From: Macrostomum lignano
Taxonomy: Eukaryota
Direction of reading: 5' to 3'
Assembly: GCA_002269645.1 (NCBI GenBank)
Contig: NIVC01001689.1
Location: 185,617-249,616, forward strand
Length of the DNA stretch: 64,000 bases
In this document: positions 15,253-27,293 of the stretch, piece by piece
Layout of the letters: each line of letters opens with the position of its first letter
How positions within the stretch are numbered: position 1 is the stretch's first letter
Position numbers and translations under genes: made by a program
Notes under the pieces: model-generated
The model's database searches: none
Told to the model about the DNA's origin: nothing
The model's input: the letters and a program-made list of their open reading frames with translations, nothing else

Positions 15253-16119
15253 TAGCTCCTGTCTCATTCCCTGTCTCAGCAGGATCAGCCAAAAGCCGGG
15301 GGAATGCGCGGCGGTCGCATGCAGTCCGTCAATCTCCTGTTGATAAAGCCGTGTAAAAATGCTGCAGGCTGACAGAGTCGCCCGGCCCTGGGTCAGTCAG
15401 CAAGTGTCAAACAGCCATGCAGCCCAGCTCGGCCCTGTAATCGCAGTGCAACATCCCGGAGGCGGCGGTCTGGCAATGCAGGGGATCAGATAAGCTGATA
15501 AGCCACAGTCGGATGTGTCAGTCACAGCTGACACGGCGGAGCGCCCCTCATTGATTTCGGTAATCGGGGCTCGCAGAGGCGCAGCCGATCGCTACCCTCC
15601 CTGGTTACGTCACACTTTCCCTGGCGCCCAGCCAGGACCCTCGGCCTCACAGAAAAAGGCTAATAATGCTCGTATAGCCTCCGGTGCAGAGCTGGGCTGT
15701 GTGGCTGGCAAATCCTCAGGCTCGCCGTCGACTGCTGATGCAGAACAACTTCCTTAGAGAATTCCCCGTAGGGACCAGGCAATGCAAATTGTTGCATTAA
15801 GCATAGGTGATTGCGCACAGATAGGATCCTCTGTGTGCTGGGCATTCTCACTTCTCAGGATCGACTTTCAAGCTTTCAATGCTCTGCTATTACTTTCAGC
15901 TGCCATTACATAATATATTGTATTGCACATATTTGCATCACGAGTCATGTCCTTCGGCAGAACTTTTTTATTTGAATAGAGAGCCGGGATACTCTACTCA
16001 CAGTAGGGAGGCAAGGACAACATGTTCAGCGGAGGTTTTTTATTCATTGAAAACATTCAAAATGATCAAATAAAAAATGAAGAGAAAAGGAATAAAGAAC
16101 GAAGGGAGAGTAAGGGGAT

Positions 16120-16395
16120 AGAGAGGGAAAGAGAGAATAGGAGAGAGAGGGGGGAGAGAGGGGGAGGAAAAGGGGGGGAGAGAGAGAGGGAGAGAGAGGG
16201 AGAGAAGGGGAGAGAGGGGGAGAGAGGGGAGAGAGGGGAGAGAGGGGGAGAGAGGGGGGAGAGAGGGAGAGAGGGGAGAGAGAGGGAGAGAGGGGGAGAG
16301 AGGGGTAGAGAGGGGGGAGAGTGGGGGAGAGTGGGGAGAGTGGGGGAGAGTAAAGGGGAGAGGAGGGGGAGAGGGAGAGGGGAGGGGAGGGAAAG
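16120..16395 (+). repeat. G/A-only low-complexity tract (GGGGAGA-like)
   Basis: Almost purely purine; many G3-G6 runs. Confidence 0.9.
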
Positions 16396-17031
16396 ACATG
16401 AGAGGAGTGGATTTGGTGACCATGGAGGCAAATGCATGGACTATTAGAAATCCGCGAGAGTCGAAGAGTGCAAAAAGTGCTGTTTTGCGGGCGAAAGACC
16501 GATCGAAGTCACGTGGGATGCATGCTGCCACATCTCGCTGCGCACCTTGCCAGGACAAAATGAACATGAAATGAAAGAATTTGCTTAAAAATTTGATTAC
16601 TTCCGTTGTCTCTACCTGAGCAAACTGACGGAAATGGCAACTTTTATTAAGAAACTCTCGGTCAACTCTGTACTTGATCTGGTGAATATTCATAGCCGTA
16701 CTTAAGTTAGTTTTGTCATTTATTTTACTTCTCCCCAATGTTTTACAGAAAATTACTGGTTAAGGGAGAACAAAAAAGTTGTTGGAAATGAATTTTTCAC
16801 GGACTAATTAAAGTACGGATGCACTTAAAAATACGCACAGAATAGTACATAACCAGAGTGCTAATGAAGTACGCGTGCACTGGAAAGTGCACGAGCACTT
16901 GCAAAGTACAAATAAACTCAGTAAGTACACGTGCACTAATAAAGTACACTAGTACTCGGAAAGTACAAGTGCACTCGTACAGAACGCACGCACCCGTAAA
17001 GTTCGCGAGGACTCGTCCCAGATAAAAGCAC

Positions 17032-19317
17032 TTATTCGGGCTCGCACATCAGTCCGAGGCTTTTGTTGATGTTGCCGACGCATCCTTTGAGACTTTGCGA
17101 CAGGCCCAGCAGGGACTCAGCCATGCTGTTGATGAGCTCAATCTTGCGACTCAAATTGCCGTGGGGTCGCCGACTGCCGCGACTGGGCGGCGGTGGCGGC
17201 GGCATCTGCTGCTGCTGAGTCTGGGAGTCCTCGCTGACGAAGGACCGGCTGCTTGGAGACGCCGATGATGTTGAAGATTCCCCGGCCCTCACAAAGAACT
17301 CAAAGTGAGCAGGAGCAGCGTGCACTTCAGACTGGTTAGCTGAGTGCCGCCTCTGCCGCCTCCTGGCGCGATCCAGAGTGCGCAACAGGCTGCTGAAGTC
17401 TTCGTCATCATCGTCTGAGCAGCGGCAGCGGCCGCCGGCCTCCGCCTTGTCGTTGTTGGCGTTGGCGTTGCTCAACTGGCAGCTGGCGGCCGGCAGCTCA
17501 GACTGAACTTCGTGCTGCTGCTGCTGCTGCCTTTGCAGCTGCTTCAGCTGGTCACTGGGGGATCAGGGAGGGGGGGGGTGACATCGGTCCCGCAGCCAGC
17601 GCTGAGGCAATTATCCCATTCCGCTGACTCCTGATCCATGCAAGTGCGCCAATGCTGTGCGCAGGCCACAGGATGTACAGCAGCCCTTCACTTTCTAATC
17701 GTCAGGCATGTGGACTCTCTTGAGGTGGATTCCCTGAGTAACTGTATGAATTTGAGCTTCGCAAACAGAAAAATTACGTTGAGCCTTTTCGTGCAATTCC
17801 CGCCCACGAGGACCAACACCCAAGCCACGGAGACGCCCCAAACCCGGCGCTCACCACAGCTGCGACTCCACCGGCGCCTGACGCCCCTCCAGGTCTTCGG
17901 TCTCGGCATGCCGGCCGCACATCGCTCGCCGCAGCTGCCGGCTCACCGACCGCGCCGTCCGAGCCGCTTTCCGGGTCAGCCGGCCGCCGTACACCAGCGC
18001 CGCATTTGCGGCCGCAGCCGTGGCTGCCGCTGCCGCAGTCGGCGTTTTCGGCGGCGGCTGCCCGGAAGTTGCGCCGGCTGGCACGCGGACGCGGTGACTC
18101 GGCGGCATCGGCGGCTCCAGCAGGTGCCTTCGAGACGGCGCCTCGGCGACCGACCGACCAACGTCGATGGCGAGCGTCGACGCGCTAATGTCGATGACGG
18201 AATCGTCATGGCTGGCGGCGGCAACCTCGTCACCGACGCCGCCTTCCAGCTGGCGAAGGCTGCGTCGCCTTCGACTTCGATGCCGCTGACGGTCACGAAG
18301 GTCACCGTCGCGGTCACCGTCGCGGTCACCGACGCCGTCGCCGTTGTCGTCAAGAGTGCGGCGGCACCGATGCCGGCAATGACGATGGCGCCGACGATGC
18401 CGCCGCTGCTCCGACGCCGTCGTCCCCGTCACGGATGTCGACATCGGCGAGGCTGGCGAGTGTAGCGGCGGCGGAGTCGGCGGCAGGCGGACGCTGGCGG
18501 CTGTGTGGGGCAGCAGCGGCAACTCGGAGCAGCGGAACAGCCAGCAGGCGGCTCCCGGCGGCTGCACGGCCTCCCGCGCCCACTCGGCCAGCGGCTGCGG
18601 AGTTGCCAGCGGCGCCGCCTCCTCGACGCTGATTGGGTTGTCGATCCGCTCGAAACCGCCGAAGCAGCTCCGGCGGGCCGCCAGCGGCAGCGGCTGCCGT
18701 TTTTGCCAGGCAGCTGCGTCGGCGTCGGGGTCGATGGCGACGGTGGCAGCGGCAGCGGCGTCTCCGGCTGCGGGCGATGGCCGACGCTGGTGCCGCTGGC
18801 GCTGCTCGTGTCGGCGGAGATGATGCTCCTGACAGCGGCGGCAGTGTCGGTGGCGGGTGGCGCGATGACTCCGATGGTCTCGGCTGCTGCTGCTGCTCCG
18901 GCTGCTGACGGTGTTCATAGCGTCTTGGAGGTTCAGCCCCCGCTGTCGCTGCGGCCGTCGTTTGTCGAGGCTGTCGCCGCCGCCGAGCACGATGGACATG
19001 CAGTCCAGCAGCGTGAAGGCGTTCTCATCGTCCTCGTCATCCAGCGTGGTGGTGGCGGCGGGGTAGGCGGCTGAGCGGGTCGCTGGGATTGGCGGCAGCG
19101 GCGGCGGCGGGTGCTGCAGCATCGACTTGCTGAGCGTCATGGTTTTGAAGGAGGCCACCAGCTCCTTGGCGGTGGCGGTGGTGCCGCTGACTGCATTGAA
19201 GGCCTTCCGTCTGCTGTTGCTGCGGTTGTCGCTTCGGCGCCTGTCGCGACTGCTGCTGTGGCGTCGGTGGCGGTGGCGCCGCCTCGGCCGGCTGTCGCCG
19301 CGCGCTTCGCTCGGCAT
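17032..19317 (-). CDS. Two-exon orphan low-complexity protein, 661 aa (Arg/His/Ser/Ala-rich, polyQ)
   Basis: Exons 19317-17855 and 17554-17032. Intron 17854-17555 runs GTGAGC...CCCCAG; the join CTG TG|T GAC CAG (…ESQLCDQLKQLQ…) fuses the two long ORFs in frame (1986 nt). GC-rich codon usage matches neighbouring genes. No domain recognised. Confidence 0.75.
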
Positions 19318-19671
19318 CGTCAGAAACTGCGGCAGCGGCAGTGCATGGCCGCGGGCTGTTTGGTTGGCTGTGCGAGTGAAACTTGAGAACTGCTCAGACT
19401 GAGCTGCCGCTGCCCGGCTGTGGGAAGATCTGCGAGTTCGGCCATAGACAAACTGATTGGTTGAAAGGAAATTTGCTGCGGCAGTTTGTGCCGACGAAAG
19501 CTAAATTTACTCTGATGGTGTGAGGCTAACAAGTTTGAAGTGAATTTTATGAATACAAATATTGTATCCTACTTTTAGTAACATATAGATGTAATTCTAC
19601 TGCTGCCGTTCTTATCACTAGTGATATACCCAAACTGTTCATACCATTATTAAGCATAATATCCATAATAG

Positions 19672-20650
19672 CCAATCCCAGCATCAAAGGGAATTTCCAA
19701 AGTTATCAATCCCAGCATCCAAAAGAATTCCCTAAGTTATCAATCACAGGATCCAAAGGAATTCCCCAAGTTATCAATCCCAGCACCCAAGGGAATTCCC
19801 CAAGTTATCAATCCCAGTATCCAGAAGAGTTCCCCAAGTTATCAATCCCAGCATTCAAGGGAATTACCCAAGTTATCAATCCCAGCATTCAAGGGAATTC
19901 CCCAAGTTATCAATCCCAGCATTCAAGGGAATTCCCCAAGTTATCAATCCCAGCATCCAAAAGAATTCCCTAAGTTATCAATCACAGGATCCAAAGGAAT
20001 TCCCCAAGTTATCAATCCCAGCACCCAAGGGAATTCCCCAAGTTATCAATCCCAGTATCCAGAAGAATTCCCCAAGTTATCAATCCCAGCATTCAAGGGA
20101 ATTCCCCAAGTTATCAATCCCAGCATTCAAGGGAATTCCCCAAGTTATCAATCCCAGCATTCAAGGGAATTCCCCAAGTTATCAATCCCAGTATCCAGAA
20201 GAATTCCCCAAGTTATCAATCCCAGCATTCAAGGGAATTCCCCAAGTTATCAATCCCAGCATTCAAGGGAATTCCCCAAGTTATCAATCCCAGCATTCAA
20301 GGGAATTCCCCAAGTTATCAATCCCAGCATTCAAGGGAATTCCCCAAGTTATCAATCCCAGCATCCAAAGGAATTCCCCAAGTCATCAATCCCAGCACCC
20401 AAGGTAATTTCCAAAGTTATCAATCCCAGCATCCAAAAGAATTCCCTAAGTTATCAATCCCAGCATCCAAAAGAATTCCCCAAGTTATCAATCCCAGTAT
20501 CCAGAGAAATTCCCCAAGTTATCAATCCCAGCACCCAAGGGAATTCCTTAAGCTATTAATCCCAGGATCCAAAGGCATTCCCGAAGTTATCAAATATAAC
20601 ATCCAAAAGAATTCCCCAAGTTATTAATCCCAGGATCCAAGGGAATTCCC
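19672..20650 (+). repeat. 34-bp minisatellite GAATTCCCCAAGTTATCAATCCCAGCATTCAAGG
   Basis: About 28 copies; lies between the PPP1R3 3' end and the start of the orphan gene. Confidence 0.96.
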
Positions 20651-21125
20651 AGGTTATCCGTTGTGGTATCTAGGGGGAATTCCGACAGCCACTGCAAGCC
20701 ATATTTGAGCACCATTTTGCCAAACAAAATAATAACTTGAGGAGCTCAAGCAAAGAATCAGAACACATACAGCTCAATATTTGCAGATCTGCAGCCAATA
20801 TTGAATTTTTATTGATTAATGAAGCACAAATAAAATATGATTTCTACAAAATTGCTAATAAAAATGAATTGAAAATTTTTGTTAACACAGTAAAATGAAA
20901 AAAGCATTTTATTGACACTGAATGGATCCATGGAAATTATTCTACACAGCAGCAGAGGTGTCAGTAATGAAAAGCCACAAAAAATGGCGAAACTCTCCAA
21001 TGAGGTGGAAGACATGGTCGGATTGAATCAAACGCGATGTACTCAAGACTTTTACATGCTACTTGAGCAGTAGTTGATAACTTTGGAACTTATATTGCAT
21101 TGTGAAAATTGTTAGATTTGCGCCT

Positions 21126-22767
21126 TCAATCGGGAACGGGGCACAGGTCCGTGACAGGCAGCTTCAGCCGGTAGTTCCGGCCGCCGTTGTTGTCCCAGAC
21201 TGACTCGCAGCTGCCAGCATAGTCAACGCGCTGCAGACAGAGGCAGAACTCCAGCTGCTGTTGCTGCTGCTGCAGTTGTTGCAGATTCTGCTGAAGCAGT
21301 TCAATGGAGCAGACGGTCGTGTCGGAGGCCGCCGGGTCCTCCTTGACGCCGCTGCTCGCGTCCACATCCCGGTAGCTGTTCCAGCTGTCCAGCGTCATTC
21401 TGGCAAACACTCGGCTGATTGTTGCCGAGGTGACGGTTGCTATGGCAACCAGGCTGCCGTCCCGGCGCAGGTGCAGCATGGAGAGGTGAATCTGCGGCCG
21501 TGGGTCGCTGCTGAAGCTCGACAGAGAAGCCGCGGTGTCGCCGCCAGTCTGGTTGAAGAAGCCGCAAACCGTCGAACGGCGGTGCCTGGCGCTGCCGGTG
21601 TCGACACTGGTGACCGGGCTGGTTGCTATGGGGATCGGTTGTTTGATGGTTGATTGATTGTTTAATTGATTGGTTGATTGATTGTTTCATCGATTGATTG
21701 ATTGACTGTCAAGTGTGGAAAACTTTCTGTGTCGATTTAACGCTCAGTAAGAGATTCGCCAGCATTAGGACTATCCTATGGTGACCTACGCTGTTTTCTA
21801 TTAAAGCCAAAAAGCTGCATTCTATAAGTTTAAATTGGCGCCAAAGCTTTCTTACAGGACATGCACTCAGAAGGACGATCCTAGTTTATCTACGCATAGG
21901 CAGCAAAGTCCAAAAGCTCAAGCCAAAGTTCAAGCATTGCACTGAGTTTCGAAAATTTCCTGAATACGAATAAGAACAGAGAAGCCAGAGCGAAGCCAGT
22001 CAGATTAGATTAGCTGCATTTAAACAGATCAGCTGCACTTTAGGGCACAATTTAAAATTGATATAGCAGAGAGACAGCCAATCAAACTGAAGGCGCGATT
22101 TGATGTTTGCAAAATTCAACAGTGGAAGAATTTTTGGCGATTTGTCGCACGTTTTACTACTGTCAGTAGAAGCTGAAGAAAGCCACCCTGCGGAGACCTA
22201 ATGCTAAAACGCGATGTGCGGGGCACTGCTTTGATTACAAAACATTTCTCGTTCATTATCAGCTTCTTAAGCCCTCTTTTGACCCCAGCTGGAGCAGAGA
22301 GGGGTCAGTTGACCCCCAGTTAACACCTCAGCCTCAGCCTCACCTTCGCTGTCCTCCCCGGAGCCGCTGTAGAAATCCGTGTCCCTGCAGGCCACCCGCT
22401 CCAGCTGCAGGCCGACCTCATCGGCGAAGGTCACTCGCCGCCTCCGCCGCCAGCGTCGCCAGCCCGGCGGTGGAAACTCAGTTCGGTGGCTCGCAGCCGC
22501 CGTAGCTGCGAGGGTCGACAGCCTCGGCAGCGAATGTCTGTCCTTCACTGGAAGCTCAGTGGCCGCCCCGATCTCCGCCACCAGAGCGTCGGTGTAACGG
22601 TCCAGCGGCGCCGCAGATGTTGAGAAATAATTTGAGTAGCTGCTCACCTGCCATGAGTCATCATGATGGTCGAACACCGGCGAGGCCTCCGGGCTGCTTC
22701 TGGTGCTGGTCATTATGAAGTCAGCCGCCTCCTTCAGCGCTCCCGCCGTGGGCACATTGAACGGCAT
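21126..22767 (-). CDS. PPP1R3: Protein phosphatase 1 glycogen-targeting regulatory subunit (PPP1R3/CBM21 family), about 307 aa
   Basis: Exons 22767-22344 and 21625-21126, intron GTGAGG...CCATAG, join GAA G|CA ACC in frame. RVxF motif RRVTFADEVGLQL; CBM21 elements RMTLDSWNSYRDV and WDNNGGRNY. The start Met (first ATG, MPFNV) is uncertain. Confidence 0.88.
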
Positions 22768-23022
22768 GGCTCTCTGTGTGGCCTGCAGTCGATAATTATT
22801 CAAGGCCAAGGCGGCTCTTTAATCAGCAGAGATAATGATGACAGCCGACTGGCGGACACACCTGGCGAAACACCTGGCGCCTGGGGAAATCAAATTGGAA
22901 ATTTCAATAGAGAATTGTGAGCAAGAATTAACTGCCCGAGTCTCAGCCCGTGAGCTGGTTCAGCCCGGCTAAGTATAAATAAATTGCCCGAGCCATGTGA
23001 GCCCGGCGTGACGGCGGGGGTG

Positions 23023-23032
23023 GGGGCGGGGC
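23023..23032 (+). promoter_or_regulatory. GC box (Sp/KLF-type) in the CpG-rich region upstream of PPP1R3
   Basis: GGGGCGGGGC about 250 bp upstream of the ATG. Confidence 0.35.
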
Positions 23033-23785
23033 GCCTCTTATCTGTCCGCCTGAGAGCGCGCAAGCCCGTGCGTTGGCTGGCACAGATAACACAGAGAGAC
23101 ACCCCATGGGGCCGCGTTGGTTGGCCTTATCTGACCTTTCAGTGATAGCGGCGTGGCTTCTTTCAATGCAAAGCCTTCACTCTCAGCCTTTAGTGTGTGG
23201 GAGGGGGTTACGTCAGCGTGGTGGCGGCGGTTGCATGGTTTGACAGAAAAGATTTCTGTCAGTCGGGTAGCGCGTGATCAAACTGGAGCGTCTGGCCTGG
23301 GTCTCTCGCTCAGCTGATTGCCCATGAATCTATTTTTAGCTGCTGCGATTTTGAAGATGTAATTGTTCCTTTTGTTAAATTTGCTTCTGCATCAGACAAT
23401 CCTGAGACAGTATTTCTGACTCCCCGAGTTTCACCCTTCGAGCTTTTTGACTCTCAAGGTATCTACCGCTTGTTTATTCAACTCATAAATATTTCTCACT
23501 CAGCAGTTTCTCTCGGGATTGTTTATCTTATCTCCACGTGTACTTTTCTGCTTGTTGACACCGCATATAACTTTCTGTAACTGTGGAAATCTGAATTGCA
23601 GTTTAAGAACCTCCGAAAGGCAGACTGCATGGAAAACGAGCTAAAATGTAGTCAGAAATGCTCTTCTTGACCCAATCTCCGGCAATGAAAATTGTTAGTC
23701 TTAATTGTTACAATAGCTGCCTTTAGTAATATTGTAGTAGCAGTACATGCTGGAACTCGAATTTAAAAGCGAAAAGTTGCCCATA

Positions 23786-24245
23786 GGGCTAAATTGGCGC
23801 TAAGCCCTCTTGCCTAGGGCGCTAAATTGGCGCTAAGCTCTCTTGCATAGGGCGCTAAATTGGCGCTAAAATCTCTTGGCTAGAGCGCTAAATTGGCGCT
23901 AAGCTCTCTTGCCTAGGGCGCTAAATTGGCGCTAAGCTCTGTTGCCTAGGGCGCTAAATTGGCGCTAAAATCTCTTGGCTAGAGCGCTAAATTGGCGCTA
24001 AGCTCTCTTGCCTAGGGCGCTAAATTGGCGCTAAAATCTCTCGCCCAGGGCGCTAAATTGGCGCTAAAATCTCTTGGCTAGAGCGCTAAATTGGCGCTAA
24101 GCTCTCTTGCCTAGGGCGCTAAATTGGCGCTAAAATTTCTTGGCTAGAGCGCTAAATTGGCGCTAAGCTCTCTTGCCTAGGGCGCTAAATTGGCGCTAAA
24201 TTGGCGCTAAAATCTCGATCGTCTAGGACTTTAGGGCGCTAAAAT
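23786..24245 (+). repeat. 33-34-bp minisatellite GGGCGCTAAATTGGCGCTAAGCTCTCTTGCCTA
   Basis: About 13 copies; each unit carries two GGCGCTAA cores; related to 7614-8240. Confidence 0.94.
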
Positions 24246-25077
24246 CTCGCCCTCTCTCTGGTTGAAAGCCAATCAAGTTGACAATGCCGTCATAAAGCAG
24301 TGCCAGTTAGAAATAAATCTCTGCGGCCAGAATGCTTGCTTTGAAATTTTCTACTTGATTTGTATTTTTAACCAGATTTTAGCGCCAGTCTGAAGGAATT
24401 TAAAGATGCTCAGAAAAAGTTGTGATAGGTGCATGTACTGTATTCTTATTGTTAATGAGATTTTGCACCCAGTTGATCAGATCTCTGAGTCCACTTGGAC
24501 AGTTGTGTTGAGAAGTCAAGTAACGCGAAATAACGTTTCAGATTGTAAAACCTTTTGGCAGCGTTCGCCTCGTCCTTGAAAGATAAACCGTGCGTGGTCG
24601 CATGGCTGGCACAAATTCAAATATTCTCTCTACAGAAGGCAGACTGGGTCCGCCTTTATCGCTTTGTTTTGAGCTTGTGCTCAGTCGACAGTAAATGATA
24701 ATTCTAATTTATTTGTTATCACAAAACTAGCAGCAAGATACGAATTACTCTACTGCTAGTAGGGCGCCAACAAAAATGAAGTCTATATAAAAATTGCCAA
24801 GTTTCATGGCTTTACAGAAGATTTCTGCGCACTCTGCCAATTCAGCTGGTGCGATTTGGCAAAGTTAGAACATGGAATTTTATAAATTCGAACTGAATGA
24901 AAATAATTAGCTCATTATTTTGACGTGTGGCATAGAATTATTGAAACGCAATAAATTCATTCTATTACTTTATAGAAGAAAAAACATCATAAAAAGCAGC
25001 GAAGTGGTAATTTTCAATTAACTGACGAAGCGAAATGCGCCTGCGATGGGTATCTACGAGCGTTCGATAGAGTTTGT

Positions 25078-25385
25078 GGAGGGAGGTGGGTGTGAAGGGA
25101 GGTGGGTGTGGAGGGAGGTGGGTGTCGTGGGAGGTGGGTATGGAGGGAGGTGGGTGTGGAGGGACGTGTGTGTGGAGGGAGGTGGGTGTGGCCGAGGGAG
25201 ATGGGTGTGGAGGGAGATGGGTGTGGAGGGAGATGGGTGTGGAGGGAGGTGGGTGTGGAGGGAGGTGGGTGTCGTGGGACGTGGGTGTGGAGGGAGGTGG
25301 GTGTGGCCGAGGGAGATGGGTGTGGAGGGAGATGGGTGTGGAGGGAGGTGGGTGTGGAGGGAGGTGGATGTGGAGGGAGGTGGGC
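25078..25385 (+). repeat. 16-bp G-rich minisatellite GGGAGGTGGGTGTGGA
   Basis: About 18 copies just downstream of the SEC14L stop. Confidence 0.93.
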
Positions 25386-25624
25386 GTGAAATGATACGAT
25401 ACAGAAGGAAGAGTGACAAAAAAGGTTTTGAAAGCGATGCAGACTGCTGAGAAAAATGGAATTTTAAAAAACCATGGCTCAAGAAGAATTCTATCTCAAT
25501 CAAGATTTTACGCATTAAAATTGGCTGCACAAACAGTATTTGATAATTTGGTATAAGATAAAAGTCAAGGAAGAGATCCACGGGACCAGCTCCATCAGGA
25601 GACAGCAGGATTCCCTGTAGTTCC

Positions 25625-27293
25625 TCAGTGCCTGGAGCCGGACGAGCTGACTGTTTTGAAGCTATCTTCGGATTCCGCGTCCGATGCGTCTTGGTCAGTC
25701 ACCGTCGGCGCCGCTTGAAAGTCGGTCTTGCCGTTACTGCTGAAGCTCGGGGTTGCCACGGCGGCAGAAGCAGCTGCCGAAGGTCCGTCAGCTTCGCCCG
25801 AGTCCTCATCGGCACCGCCCTGCTGCTCCAGCCGGTCGGCCACCGACTCGCTGACGTGGAAGCTGGGCGCCAGGTTGGCCAGCACGGCGGGGTCGATGGG
25901 CTCCTGGCCGCGCAGGTCCGTCACCACCTCGAGGTAGTAGCGCAGCTTCTTGGTCCGCAGCCAGCTGAACGAGTTGTCGAAGGTGGCCTCGTAGACGCCG
26001 GGCCGGGGGCAGGCGAGCAGGCCGGAGAACGGGCAGGTGCCGCAGTTCACCTTGCGGTAGGGGTACACCGACAGGCGCTCCTTGCCGTCCTTGAAGGTCA
26101 GCTCGAAGCCGAGGTCGCCGTCGCTAGTGACGAAGTCCCACTCGATGTAGCGCTGCGGCTGCCCGGCCGGCACTGTGACGGCCGCGCGGAACTTGGACCG
26201 CCGGCCGATGTGCTGCGACTGCATGCAGTCCGGGTACTTGGGCTGCAGGTAGAAGGACTCCGGCACCAGGCCGCCGAAGCAGATCTCGTTTAGGCAGCGC
26301 GGATCTCCGTCCGGGTCGCGCCGTTCGCCGCCGTAGACTGCCGGCAGCTGGTCGGCGTCAATGTACTGCAGCAGGGTGCGCTGGTAGTCCTTGCCGAGCA
26401 CGTGGATTTTCGCCTGCGTAGCCGGGTTGAACAGCGGCTTGAGCAGGTTGAACACCACCGGGAAGATCGCCGGCGCGTTGATGATGAACACGATGCCGAT
26501 GGTCTCCGGGTAGTTCTGCTCGCAGGTGCGGGTGAGGTCGCCGTAGAACTCCAGGCTGGGCCGCCACATGTGCTTCTTGCCGAAGTGCTGCAGGTCGTAC
26601 ACGAAGGTCACGCCGTAGATGGCCTTGCCGGTGCGGGCGCGCACCTGCGGCAGCAAGTGGGTGACGATCTTCTCAGCCCGGCAGATCTGGCTGAGGAACA
26701 GCTCCTCGCGGCTGACGGACTTGGCGATGCCCTGCGGATCGATGCAGCCGATGGGGTCATAGTACACCGGCCGACCCTCCTTGTCCTCTCCGCACAGGCC
26801 TCCGGTGTAGTACTTGGTGATGACCTCCTTCTCCTGGCGAGCGGGCGGTTCAATGGCACTTTGCTGACAACGTCCCGAACCCGAAGCTTCCCAAATCGAA
26901 TCGCCCCTCAGAATTGTTTCTCAGAGAATCGCTCATCACAGAACCGCCTCTCACACAATCGCCCGTCACACAATCGCCCCTCACAGAATCGTACCTCACA
27001 GAATCGCCTCTCACAGAATCACCCACCTGGAAGCGGTCCACAATATCGTCAATCCGGAGCTCCTTCCTCCAGCGTATGTGATTTCTGAGCATGAGCTCGG
27101 ACTTGGCCAAGTCGAACTCCCTGGCCCGCAGGAATCTGTACAACTGAAAATCGTCCTCAAACTCCGGGCGCCAGACGTCGCGCACATTGCGGCGCAAGGC
27201 TTCAAAGGCGGCGCGCTTCTTTGGATCGCGCAGGTCCCCCTCAGCCATCTGGCTGTAGGCGTTCTGGTTTGGCGGGAATTTGAAATCCGACAT
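25625..27293 (-). CDS. SEC14L2: SEC14-like protein (CRAL-TRIO-N + CRAL-TRIO + GOLD), about 491 aa
   Basis: Exons 27293-27027 and 26833-25625, intron GTGGGT...CGCCAG, phase 0. Motifs LYRFLRAREFDLAKSELMLRNHIRWRK, YYTGGLCGEDKEGRPVYYDPIG, EQNYPETIGIVFIINAP and GOLD FDNSFSWLRTKKLRY; acidic/Ser-rich C-terminal tail. The symbol is family-level (SEC14L2/3/4). Confidence 0.93.
26905..27022 (+). repeat. 15-bp degenerate repeat (TCACAGAATCGCCCC) filling the SEC14L intron
   Basis: About 7-8 copies starting right at the donor side. Confidence 0.8.

Noticed and set aside
18640-18675. RRSCFGGFERID resembling the natriuretic peptide ring start (RRSSCFGGRMDRI)
   Set aside because: No second Cys to close the 17-residue ring and no signal peptide; most likely chance.
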